Assembly (NCBI RefSeq): GCF_000009705.1
Contig: NC_003272.1
Span: 1,770,001-1,802,000 of the forward strand
Length of the DNA: 32,000 bases
Reading direction: 5' to 3'
Origin: Nostoc sp. PCC 7120 = FACHB-418
GTDB taxonomy: Bacteria; Cyanobacteriota; Cyanobacteriia; Cyanobacteriales; Nostocaceae
In this document: positions 18,441 to 26,599 of the stretch, piece by piece
Layout of the letters: each line of letters starts with the position of its first letter
Position numbering within the stretch: position 1 is the first letter of the stretch
The notes under the pieces: model-generated
Databases searched by the model: none
What the model was told of the DNA's origin: nothing
The model's input: only the letters and a program-made list of their open reading frames with translations
Translations under genes and position numbers: made by a program

Positions 18441-20168
18441 ATGAATAATTCTATTAAAAACTTAGTTTTCCAAAAACATAACTTACTCTTTTTAGTACCA
18501 TTCATAATATATGCAACATGGATATTAATTATTTCTTTATATGGTGTCAATATTCCGATACTAGATCAATGGCTAGCACCTGGTGAACAAATAGAGAGTT
18601 TTTTTAAAAATCAATTACATATTGAAACACTTTATAAACAACATAATGAAAGCAGGAAGTTAATTCCAAACTTGATATTTATTATTCTTGCGGGAATTTT
18701 GGGACAATGGAACGTAAAAGCAGAAATGATCATAGGATTAATTTTTGCTGTTATGATGTCACTATTGATTTACTTATTGTTGTTATTAACCAATAAAAGC
18801 TTTTACAAAAACATATTGATTCTAATATTTTATGATTTTTTATTACTTTCACCATCTTCTTTTAGTAGATGGGTGCGAGGTATAACTATTCATAGGCTTA
18901 TCCCTGATGCGTGTTTAATTGTAAATGCCTTAATTTTTAGATCAAAGATAAATCGAAATCTCAAAGTAGGGCTATATTCATTGTTTTGTGTGATATCGCA
19001 GTATTCTTTTTCTGGAGGTATTGTTACATGGGCTATCACGCTGATATTTATTACTTTTGATAATCAAGTAAACTTGAAGAAAAAATTGCAATCTATATGT
19101 TTATTTATAAGCTTGTTTGCTGTATCAACTAGCTTTTATTTTAGCAATTATACTCATCCATATTATCATACAGAACCAAGCGAAATATTGAAACATTCTT
19201 GGCAGGACATCATAATTTATTTTTTGGCATTTTTAGGCAATATTTTAGGAGAATCCTATGAATTAGATACATTTATAGGGGTAACTTTTTTGCTTACCTT
19301 TACGTTGTTACTAATATTAAATTTAAATCCCCTAAAAAAAGAACTAATCGTGTGGTTTGCTCTTGGTTTTTACACACTTGCACTCGGAATATTAAACGCT
19401 ATTACTAGAGCGCCAATGTCTAGCCCAACAATGAGCCATGCAGTAAGAGTTGATTATATTATTCACTTAGTCTATTTACCATTATCCATCATCGTAGTTA
19501 TTTTTTATTTACTAGAACATCGAAATAAAAATAATCAAGTTTTAAAAAATTTTGTTTTCTATTTTTTAGGTATGATAACTGCATTTTATATTTCTAAGAA
19601 TTATCCAACTAAACTCTTAAATGATTTGCAGGGATGGCAATATCAGTATAACTATGCTAAGAGTTGTATTCAATTAGTCAATTTTTATCCAAAAAATGAT
19701 TGTATTAAACTATTATTTCCCTTTGTTGAACCTATATATCCTTGGAATCTAGATTTAATTATTACAAGATTTAAAAATTTGAGTGAATTAAATGTCTTAC
19801 GCCCTGGAATAGTTAAAAATATAAAAATAAATAATCAATGTGAATGGGGTTATATTGATTCCATACAAGAAGAGCAAAATAATTTTGTAAAAATTACTGG
19901 ATGGGCTAAAATACCCACGAGAGTAGCAGATGCAGTAATATTGGCTTACACAAATGAATCTAATGATTTGATAGTGGTTGATATCTTATCTATAGGACAG
20001 ACCAGACCTGATATTTCCCAAATATATGGTTCAAAGTATAAAAATTCAGGTTGGTCAGGCAATATAGATTTCAAAAATAAATTGACTAATTTTCATAAAT
20101 CTCAGATTCAAGCATATGCGTTTGATGCGGAACAAAACCTTTTTTATCCTTTAATATCTTTGCGTTAG
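18441..20168 (+). CDS. AT-rich polytopic membrane protein with C-terminal soluble domain (possible GT-C-like glycosyltransferase)
   Basis: The 575-aa protein has about 11-13 hydrophobic helices followed by about 150 aa of non-membrane sequence. Codon usage is strongly A/T-biased compared with neighbours. The functional call is tentative. Confidence 0.6.
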   Translation: MNNSIKNLVFQKHNLLFLVPFIIYATWILIISLYGVNIPILDQWLAPGEQIESFFKNQLHIETLYKQHNESRKLIPNLIFIILAGILGQWNVKAEMIIGLIFAVMMSLLIYLLLLLTNKSFYKNILILIFYDFLLLSPSSFSRWVRGITIHRLIPDACLIVNALIFRSKINRNLKVGLYSLFCVISQYSFSGGIVTWAITLIFITFDNQVNLKKKLQSICLFISLFAVSTSFYFSNYTHPYYHTEPSEILKHSWQDIIIYFLAFLGNILGESYELDTFIGVTFLLTFTLLLILNLNPLKKELIVWFALGFYTLALGILNAITRAPMSSPTMSHAVRVDYIIHLVYLPLSIIVVIFYLLEHRNKNNQVLKNFVFYFLGMITAFYISKNYPTKLLNDLQGWQYQYNYAKSCIQLVNFYPKNDCIKLLFPFVEPIYPWNLDLIITRFKNLSELNVLRPGIVKNIKINNQCEWGYIDSIQEEQNNFVKITGWAKIPTRVADAVILAYTNESNDLIVVDILSIGQTRPDISQIYGSKYKNSGWSGNIDFKNKLTNFHKSQIQAYAFDAEQNLFYPLISLR

Positions 20169-20246
20169 GCTAAAGTCATAAAATACCCGACTTAAGATTT
20201 ACTACACCCCTAAACCCTGAAATTTTCGTTTTCATGTGTAAGTTCT

Positions 20247-21071
20247 ATGAATGAAGCAAAAGTAATTGTCAACACATCATCACCTCGAACTCGCCAAAGT
20301 TTAGCCACCGACTTATTCAATGCTGGACTTAACTCAAGTATGACGGTGATAGTTCATTCATCTCTTAGTTCACTGGGTTGGGTGTGTGGCGGTTCCGTTG
20401 CAGTAGTTCAAGCACTGATGGATGTGATTACACCAGCCGGAAATTTAATCATGCCTACCCATTCTGGCGATTTGTCTGACCCTGCTATATGGCAACAACC
20501 ACCAGTTCCGAGAGAATGGTGGACTATTATCCGTGAAACCATGCCAGCTTTTGACCCAAAAGTGACTCCTACACGAGGAATGGGTCAAATTGTGGAAACC
20601 TTCAGAACTTGGGAAAATGTGCGGCGAAGTTCTCACCCACAGCTTTCTTTTGCTGCTTGGGGAAAAGATGCGGAAAATATTATTTCCCATCATTCTCTTG
20701 ACTATTCTTTAGGTGAAAAGTCACCACTAGCGCGTCTGTATGACTTGAATGCTTGGGTGCTATTATTGGGGGTTGGATATGAGAATTGTACTAGTTTTCA
20801 TTTAGCCGAGTACCGGGTTGGTCAAGCACAGGAAGTCAGAAAAGGTGCGCCGATTTTAGAAGCTGGGCGACGAGTTTGGAAATGGTTCATGGATATTGAT
20901 ATTGATAATAGCTGTTTTTTGGAGATGGGGGAGGCTTTTGAACAAACTAAACGGGTGCAACTCTCCACAGTTGGTTCGGCGCAAACTAAGTTATTTAATA
21001 TGAGAAATGCTGTAGATTTTGCAGTTTCTTGGTTAAGAGATCATCCGACATACCAAGAGGAGGTATTATGA
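20247..21071 (+). CDS. AAC(3)-family aminoglycoside N3-acetyltransferase-like protein (YokD-like)
   Basis: It shows the Antibiotic_NAT signature: VIVHSSLSSLGWVCGG, LIMPTHSGD, TSFHLAEY. Confidence 0.85.
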   Translation: MNEAKVIVNTSSPRTRQSLATDLFNAGLNSSMTVIVHSSLSSLGWVCGGSVAVVQALMDVITPAGNLIMPTHSGDLSDPAIWQQPPVPREWWTIIRETMPAFDPKVTPTRGMGQIVETFRTWENVRRSSHPQLSFAAWGKDAENIISHHSLDYSLGEKSPLARLYDLNAWVLLLGVGYENCTSFHLAEYRVGQAQEVRKGAPILEAGRRVWKWFMDIDIDNSCFLEMGEAFEQTKRVQLSTVGSAQTKLFNMRNAVDFAVSWLRDHPTYQEEVL

Positions 21072-21688
21072 CGAAACAATCTAAAACCCAAATCAGAATT
21101 TGTTTTGTTGGCGACTCTTTCGTTAACGGTACTGGTGACCCTGAATGTCTTGGTTGGACAGGTAGAGTATGCGTTAATGCTAATAAAAAAGGTTATGATG
21201 TTACCTACTATAATTTAGGTATTAGACGAGATACCAGTAGTGATATAGCCAAACGTTGGTTACAAGAAGTATCGCTACGGTTGCACAAAGAATATAATAG
21301 TCTAGTTGTATTTTCTTTTGGATTAAATGATACAACTCTAGAAAATGGTAAACCTCGTGTGAGTATTGCTGAAACTATCAAAAATACACGAGAAATTTTA
21401 ACTCAGGCGAAAAAGTTATATCCTGTTTTAATGATTAGTCCAGCACCATACATAGAGCAGCAAGACCCAGGAAGAAGAAGAAGAACTATTGATTTATCTC
21501 AACAGCTAGCTTTAGTTTGTCAAGATTTGGATGTGCCTTATTTAGATGTTTTTCCACTATTAGAAAAACCTAGTGTTTGGCTGCATGAAGCTAAGGCTAA
21601 TGATGGTGTTCATCCCCAAGCCGGAGGGTATACGGAATTTGCCAGAATTGTAGAGAATTGGGACGCTTGGTTAAATTGGTTTAGATGA
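21068..21688 (+). CDS. SGNH/GDSL hydrolase
   Basis: It has block I CFVGDSFVNGTGD, block III FGLND and block V DGVHP. The ATG at 21068 overlaps the upstream stop (ATGA) and is preceded by GAGGAGG. Confidence 0.85.
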   Translation: MTKQSKTQIRICFVGDSFVNGTGDPECLGWTGRVCVNANKKGYDVTYYNLGIRRDTSSDIAKRWLQEVSLRLHKEYNSLVVFSFGLNDTTLENGKPRVSIAETIKNTREILTQAKKLYPVLMISPAPYIEQQDPGRRRRTIDLSQQLALVCQDLDVPYLDVFPLLEKPSVWLHEAKANDGVHPQAGGYTEFARIVENWDAWLNWFR

Positions 21689-21849
21689 TCGTATTTGGTG
21701 GGAAAATTATTTAAAAGAAGTTGCTCAATTAGCTCAGTTGTTTTGGGTTCCTAACTATCGTGATGAGGGGACGTTACGGTACAGATATGAGCGTTCTGCA
21801 CAAAGTTTCATTCGCGCAATCCCTGGCCCTTGTGATACAAGTGTTAGCT

Positions 21850-21880
21850 CCCGCAAACTAGAATTTACTCAACTTGCGGG
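21850..21880. terminator. Hairpin between convergent gene ends
   Basis: The CCCGCAA / TTGCGGG stem is 7 bp with a 17-nt loop. The T-tract is weak. Confidence 0.3.
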
Positions 21881-21892
21881 ATCGTTTGGCTT

Positions 21893-22252
21893 TTAAAGGC
21901 AAAGACTTTGGTAAATAATTGATGGTGCAGAACCTTCTCTGATTTTTACAAAATTTGGTTCATTGAAAGTAACAGAGTTAATTAATCTGCCATTCATAGT
22001 GAATCTAGTCATAGTAAAACCATAACTGAGTGCATTATTACAATTCATCCCTTGTTTAGTTATATTAATTTCTTGTCTTTGAAAATCTATAACCTTAGTA
22101 TTGTAAAGAAAATTTTGACCATCAGTTCTAATGGAGTCATTATCAATGTAGTGTTCTTTAACTGAATCACCTGCTACCAATACCCAATCAACAGCAGCCG
22201 CAGGTAAAGCAGCAGACAAAGCAAGCAACCCACCAAACAATAAAGCTTTCAT
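21893..22252 (-). CDS. Small secreted hypothetical protein
   Basis: The ATG at 22252 gives a clean signal peptide MKALLFGGLLALSAALPAAA. The longer ORF start (22363) would run into the IS end. Confidence 0.6.
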   Translation of the reverse strand: MKALLFGGLLALSAALPAAAVDWVLVAGDSVKEHYIDNDSIRTDGQNFLYNTKVIDFQRQEINITKQGMNCNNALSYGFTMTRFTMNGRLINSVTFNEPNFVKIREGSAPSIIYQSLCL

Positions 22253-22254
22253 CA

Positions 22255-23560
22255 GAAAAATGGGTAGAAACCCAGTCCTTGAGCGATAGCGGAGGACGGC
22301 TTTACAGGGAATATGGTAAAATGTGAGGTATGGAAAAAGCCTACCGCTACCGATTTTACCCAACTGTCGAGCAAGAACAGATATTGCGCCGGACGATTGG
22401 TTGTGTGCGGTTGGTTTTTAACCGAGCATTGGCTTCCCGAACCGAGGCTTGGTATGAGAAGCAAGAACGAGTTGACTACGTTCAAACTTCGGCTATGTTG
22501 ACGCACTGGAAAAAGCTTGATGACCTCCAGTTTTTGAATGAGGTTAGCTGTGTACCACTGCAACAAGGCTTGAGACATCTGCAAACTGCTTTCACCAATT
22601 TCTTTGCTGGTAGGGCGCAATATCCCAATTTTAAAAAGAAGCGTAGTGGTGGTAGCGCAGAGTTTACTAAATCTGCTTTCCGGTGGAAAGATGGGCAAGT
22701 CTACTTGGCAAAGTGTTCTGAACCATTGGTTATTAAATGGTCTAGGCAGTTGCCCAAGGGATGTGAACCTAGTACCATCACAGTTAGACTTGAACCGAAT
22801 GGACGCTGGTTTGTCAGCTTGCGAATCAATGATCCAACCGACCAAACCATGCAACCAGTTGATAGTGCTGTTGGTTTGGATGTTGGGGTTAGTTCTCTCG
22901 TTACCCTGAGTACAGGTGAAAAGATTGCTAACCCCAAGGCATATGAGGCGCACTACCAAAGGTTGTCTAAGGCACAGAAGTCTTTGAGCCGTAAACAGAA
23001 AGCCTCTCGAAATTGGGATAAGGCAAGACTCAAAGTAGCTCGTCTTCAAGCTAAAATTTCTGACTCTAGAAAAGACCATTTGCACAAACTGACAACTCGA
23101 CTGGTTCGTGAAAACCAAACGATAGTGGTTGAGGATTTGGCGGTTAAGAATATGGTCAAAAATCCCAAGCTTGCCCGTGCTATCAGTGATGCTGCATGGT
23201 CGGAATTGGTAAGACAACTGGATTACAAAGCCAAGTGGTATGGTCGAAACTTGGTAAAGATTGACCGTTGGTTTCCTAGCTCTAAACGCTGCGGAAACTG
23301 TGGGCATATTGTTGATAAACTGCCGTTGAATGTTAGAGAGTGGGATTGTCCCAACTGCGGAACACACCACGACAGGGATATCAACGCCAGCCGGAATATT
23401 TTGGCGGTGGGACACACCGTTACAGTCTGTGGAGCGAACATAAGACCTAATAGCCATAGTGTTAAAGGGCAGTTGCAAAAAACCCGCAAGGGAAGGAAAC
23501 AGAAACCTAAGTCGTGAGTCTTAGGAATCACCGCACTTTCAGGGCGGTGAGGATGTCAAA
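22255..23560 (+). mobile_element. tnpB-only IS200/IS605-family element (IS891/IS1341-like), no tnpA
   Basis: It has a single OrfB/TnpB gene and no terminal inverted repeats. A sub-terminal hairpin TCACCGC/GCGGTGA (23528-23550) is followed by GGATGTCAA. The left boundary is approximate. Confidence 0.7.
22330..23517 (+). CDS. tnpB: TnpB (RNA-guided endonuclease / IS605 OrfB)
   Basis: The N-terminus MEKAYRYRFYPT is typical of TnpB. It has RuvC D (GLDVGV) and E (VVEDLAVKNM), the zinc ribbon CGNCGH...CPNCG and a final D (HDRDINASRNI). Confidence 0.93.
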   Translation: MEKAYRYRFYPTVEQEQILRRTIGCVRLVFNRALASRTEAWYEKQERVDYVQTSAMLTHWKKLDDLQFLNEVSCVPLQQGLRHLQTAFTNFFAGRAQYPNFKKKRSGGSAEFTKSAFRWKDGQVYLAKCSEPLVIKWSRQLPKGCEPSTITVRLEPNGRWFVSLRINDPTDQTMQPVDSAVGLDVGVSSLVTLSTGEKIANPKAYEAHYQRLSKAQKSLSRKQKASRNWDKARLKVARLQAKISDSRKDHLHKLTTRLVRENQTIVVEDLAVKNMVKNPKLARAISDAAWSELVRQLDYKAKWYGRNLVKIDRWFPSSKRCGNCGHIVDKLPLNVREWDCPNCGTHHDRDINASRNILAVGHTVTVCGANIRPNSHSVKGQLQKTRKGRKQKPKS

Positions 23561-23580
23561 CAGTTACCTAGTTTTAATTC
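23390..23580 (+). ncRNA. Predicted omega-RNA (reRNA) overlapping the tnpB 3' end and right end, plus about 20 nt of flanking guide
   Basis: The call is by analogy with characterised TnpB systems. A conserved-looking right-end hairpin is at 23528-23550. The extents were not determined. Confidence 0.4.
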
Positions 23581-23967
23581 CAGCTTTACTTAGGCGTTAG
23601 CCCTTCATCATCAGGAATAACTAGGATGTTGATATGAAGATTCTGTATGGTTACTTCGCCAAATGTACAACCAGTTTACACCCGTGATATTTTTTGCTGG
23701 AAAGCAAAGCTAACAAATCAGGTAGTACCAAGAGATATCACCACCCAAAAACCTGTAGAGCTTGGTGTAGCTGGTGAGAATGGCGTACTCGTCCACGCAA
23801 TTTGTTTGCCCTATTTAGGAGACAAGAATCGTCTATATATAAATGTAGTAGTACTAATTGAAGGTATCTGTCTATGAGGGCTTCAGATACAAAAATACCA
23901 TGTTTGGAAAGTGGCGATCGCCTAACTGTCACGAATTTGGCAGATTTTCAGCAATATATGTTATGTA

Positions 23968-24354
23968 ATGATTTTGTTAATAAATACACATATCTTTATT
24001 TGGTATGTAACAAATGATTGAAAACTTAGTAATCGCGTGTTAGATTTAGTTAAGGGTGAAAATAATTAGATTTATTTGAGTATAGCTAGTATCTAGGAAA
24101 TAAGAATTAAAAATATTTTAGGCAAGCTGACTTCTCATCTGCCATTGGAGACATTTATTACACAACAAATAAGTATCAACAACCTAACTATACTAGATAT
24201 CAAAATTAGTCATATTATTACTGTTTCCCAACTGCCTTTACATCATCGTGACCCTTTTGACAGAATGTTAATTGCACAAGCAATGGTAGAAAATATACCT
24301 GTATTAAGTGCTGATACAGTTTTTGATGCTTATCCTATAACGCGTTTGTGGTAG
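23968..24354 (+). pseudogene. PIN-domain VapC-like toxin pseudogene
   Basis: A single frame reads MILLINTHIFIWYVTND*KLSNRVLDLVKGENN*IYLSIASI*EIRIKNILGKL...LPLHHRDPFDRMLIAQA...FDAY. The stops are at 24019, 24067 and 24094. The first catalytic Asp is replaced (LLINTH). Confidence 0.8.
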
Positions 24355-24444
24355 TGAGACTAGATATCTACCAAAAGATTAATAAACAATAGATACCAAA
24401 AAAACTTAGCATTAGTTAATGAAGCATCACCAGTCATAAATTTT

Positions 24445-25689
24445 ATGAGTTATTATATCGCTCCGCGTTTTCTGGATAAACTTGCTGTTCACATCACTAA
24501 AAACTTTTTGAATATTCCTGGTGTGCGAGTTCCCTTAATTTTAGGGATTCATGGACGTAAAGGAGAAGGGAAAACCTTTCAATGTGAGTTAGCTTTTGAA
24601 AAGATGGGTATTGAAGTCACACTCATCTCTGGCGGTGAATTGGAAAGTCCCGATGCGGGAGACCCAGCACGGTTGATTCGGCTGCGTTATCGGGAAACGG
24701 CAGAACTGATCAAAGTGCGCGGTAAAATGTGCGTGCTGATGATTAACGATTTAGATGCAGGTGCAGGACGCTTTGATGAAGGTACGCAATATACTGTAAA
24801 TACTCAGTTGGTAAATGCCACGCTGATGAATATTGCTGATAATCCTACAGATGTGCAGTTACCGGGTAGTTATGATTCCAACCCGATACGGCGTGTCCCC
24901 ATTATCGTCACAGGTAATGATTTTTCTACTCTCTACGCGCCATTGATTCGGGATGGACGGATGGAGAAATTCTATTGGGAACCCAACCGTGATGATAAGG
25001 TGGGAATTGTTGGGGGGATTTTTGCGGAAGATGGACTGTCACAACGGGAAATTGAGCAATTAGTTGATACTTTCCCCAAGCAATCGATTGACTTTTTTAG
25101 CGCTTTACGTTCTCGAATTTACGATATCCAAATCCGCGACTTCATCCATAAAGTCGGGTTTGAACGGATATCTTTGCGCGTAGTGAACAGCCTAGAAGCG
25201 CCGCCAGAATTTAAAAAGCCAGATTTCAGCCTGGCTCATTTAATCGAGTCTGGTAACTTGGTGTTGGGTGAACAACAACGGGTAGATAATTCTCAGTTAG
25301 TGGATGAGTATAATCGATTAAATCGCGGGAGAGGTTATCAAACAGCGCCACCCCCCGAAGCACCAGTGATTCAGCCAGTCAATAATAGTTCTCACAAGCA
25401 AAAGACATCTAATACTCATTTGAGTTTAGAAACCCAAGAACAAATCCGGCAAATCTTGTCTCAAGGTCACAAAATTACCTTTGAACACGTAGATGCACGC
25501 CGTTTCCGCACGGGTTCTTGGCAGAGTTGCGGTACTCTGCATATTGATGCAGAGTCAGATGCTATTTCAACTTTAGAGGCTTGCTTAGTTGATTATGACG
25601 GTGAGTATGTGCGGATGGTAGGGATAGACCCGAAAGGCAAGCGGCGGGTTGTAGAGACAATTATTCAACGACCAAATGGCAAAAATTAA
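24445..25689 (+). CDS. rca: RuBisCO activase (cyanobacterial Rca with C-terminal small-subunit-like domain)
   Basis: It has the AAA+ core (GIHGRKGEGKT, LMINDLDAG). The C-terminal about 90 aa resemble RbcS (ITFEHVDARRFRTGSWQS...YVRMVGIDPK). Confidence 0.95.
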   Translation: MSYYIAPRFLDKLAVHITKNFLNIPGVRVPLILGIHGRKGEGKTFQCELAFEKMGIEVTLISGGELESPDAGDPARLIRLRYRETAELIKVRGKMCVLMINDLDAGAGRFDEGTQYTVNTQLVNATLMNIADNPTDVQLPGSYDSNPIRRVPIIVTGNDFSTLYAPLIRDGRMEKFYWEPNRDDKVGIVGGIFAEDGLSQREIEQLVDTFPKQSIDFFSALRSRIYDIQIRDFIHKVGFERISLRVVNSLEAPPEFKKPDFSLAHLIESGNLVLGEQQRVDNSQLVDEYNRLNRGRGYQTAPPPEAPVIQPVNNSSHKQKTSNTHLSLETQEQIRQILSQGHKITFEHVDARRFRTGSWQSCGTLHIDAESDAISTLEACLVDYDGEYVRMVGIDPKGKRRVVETIIQRPNGKN

Positions 25690-25704
25690 GCTGTAGAAGT
25701 CAGA

Positions 25705-25736
25705 TTTTACCTTACTCAGAGAGGAGTGAGGTAAAA
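25705..25736 (+). terminator. Strong hairpin after rca
   Basis: TTTTACCTTACTC pairs with GAGTGAGGTAAAA over 13 bp including one G-U pair. No T-tract follows. Confidence 0.45.
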
Positions 25737-25860
25737 CTACTCAGTACTCTTCATATTTTAGAGACTGCACCCTCATTATCTCTTCAACAAAATTAACAAC
25801 AATCTGACTGCGCCAATTAATAAATCATGCCGACTATTTGATATAGGAATCATATTTAAT

Positions 25861-25959
25861 TTTTGAAAATATCTAAGTATCTGTAGGGTGGGCAATGCCC
25901 ACCAAAACCATAATACGGTGGGCAATACCCACCCTACGTATATTTCACAAATCAAATAC
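25861..25959. repeat. MITE-like element with two copies of the palindrome GGTGGGCAATGCCCACC
   Basis: The palindromes are at 25886-25902 and 25916-25932, the second with one mismatch. The flanks are inverted relative to each other. A partial copy is at 9058-9105. Confidence 0.6.
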
Positions 25960-26056
25960 TAGCCCTATAGTTAAATAATATTAAACATAGTAAAAGTAAT
26001 TCTTAACTAATTCTCAGCTTTAACTCATTTTTTAGCTGACAATAACCTATATAGTG

Positions 26057-26079
26057 TCCTTAAATTGAGAATTTAAGGA
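26057..26079 (+). promoter_or_regulatory. Perfect 10-bp hairpin enclosing the Shine-Dalgarno of the DM13 gene
   Basis: The stem is TCCTTAAATT-GAG-AATTTAAGGA. AAGGA at 26075-26079 lies 11 nt before the ATG at 26090. Confidence 0.4.
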
Positions 26080-26089
26080 TATTTAACCT

Positions 26090-26524
26090 ATGAAATATAA
26101 ATATTTAATCATTATTGGGTTAATTAGTATTTTAAGCGTTGGTTGTACAAATCAGACTGTTACTGAAACACCAACAGCAACAACTGTAGCTACTACTGAC
26201 GTAAAGCCAGGTAATTTCCAAGCTGGAGAACATCCAACTCAAGGACAAGTTTCCGTAGTGAAAGAAGCAGGGAAAAACTACCTGGAGTTTGATCGAAATT
26301 TCAAAACTGATCAAGGCCCAGACTTGTATGTAATTCTGTATCGTTTTGAAAAACCGCCAATATCGGGAATTAAAGAAAAAGATTATGTGAGTATTGCCCA
26401 GTTGCAAAAAATAACTGGCAATCAACGTTATGCTTTACCAAATAATGTTAATTTGCAAGAATTTAAATCTGTAGCTATATGGTGTCGGAAATTTAATGCT
26501 ACTTTCGGCTATGCCATTTTATAA
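26090..26524 (+). CDS. DM13-domain lipoprotein
   Basis: It has the lipobox LSVGC and the DM13 pattern GNFQAGEHPTQGQVSV...GPDLYVIL...VAIWCRKFNATFGYA. Confidence 0.8.
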   Translation: MKYKYLIIIGLISILSVGCTNQTVTETPTATTVATTDVKPGNFQAGEHPTQGQVSVVKEAGKNYLEFDRNFKTDQGPDLYVILYRFEKPPISGIKEKDYVSIAQLQKITGNQRYALPNNVNLQEFKSVAIWCRKFNATFGYAIL

Positions 26525-26599
26525 ATTTTCATAAGTGATGTGAATTAAACAACCAGTCAAATACGATTCATTACTCAGAAATCATCACTCAAAATATAT

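Noticed and set aside
21725-21760. tRNA-like TAGCTCAGTTG D-arm motif
   Set aside because: There is no closing GAGC, no acceptor-stem complementarity and no T-arm GGTTCGAATCC. It is not a tRNA.
22252-23478. 408-aa ORF antisense to tnpB
   Set aside because: It mirrors the tnpB frame. Such long antisense frames are common opposite TnpB genes. It has no recognisable domains and an odd composition, and its 5' part would overlap the signal-peptide start of the neighbouring gene.
16622-23912. HIP1-free interval as proof of foreign origin
   Set aside because: rbcL 3', rbcX and rbcS fall inside the gap, and the native nifB region (5960-10043) is also HIP1-free. HIP1 absence alone is therefore not diagnostic, and I used it only as weak support.
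23647-23932. Mutually antisense 76-aa and 64-aa ORFs right of the IS
   Set aside because: Neither has a ribosome-binding site or recognisable motifs. The region looks like decayed DNA between the IS end and the PIN pseudogene.
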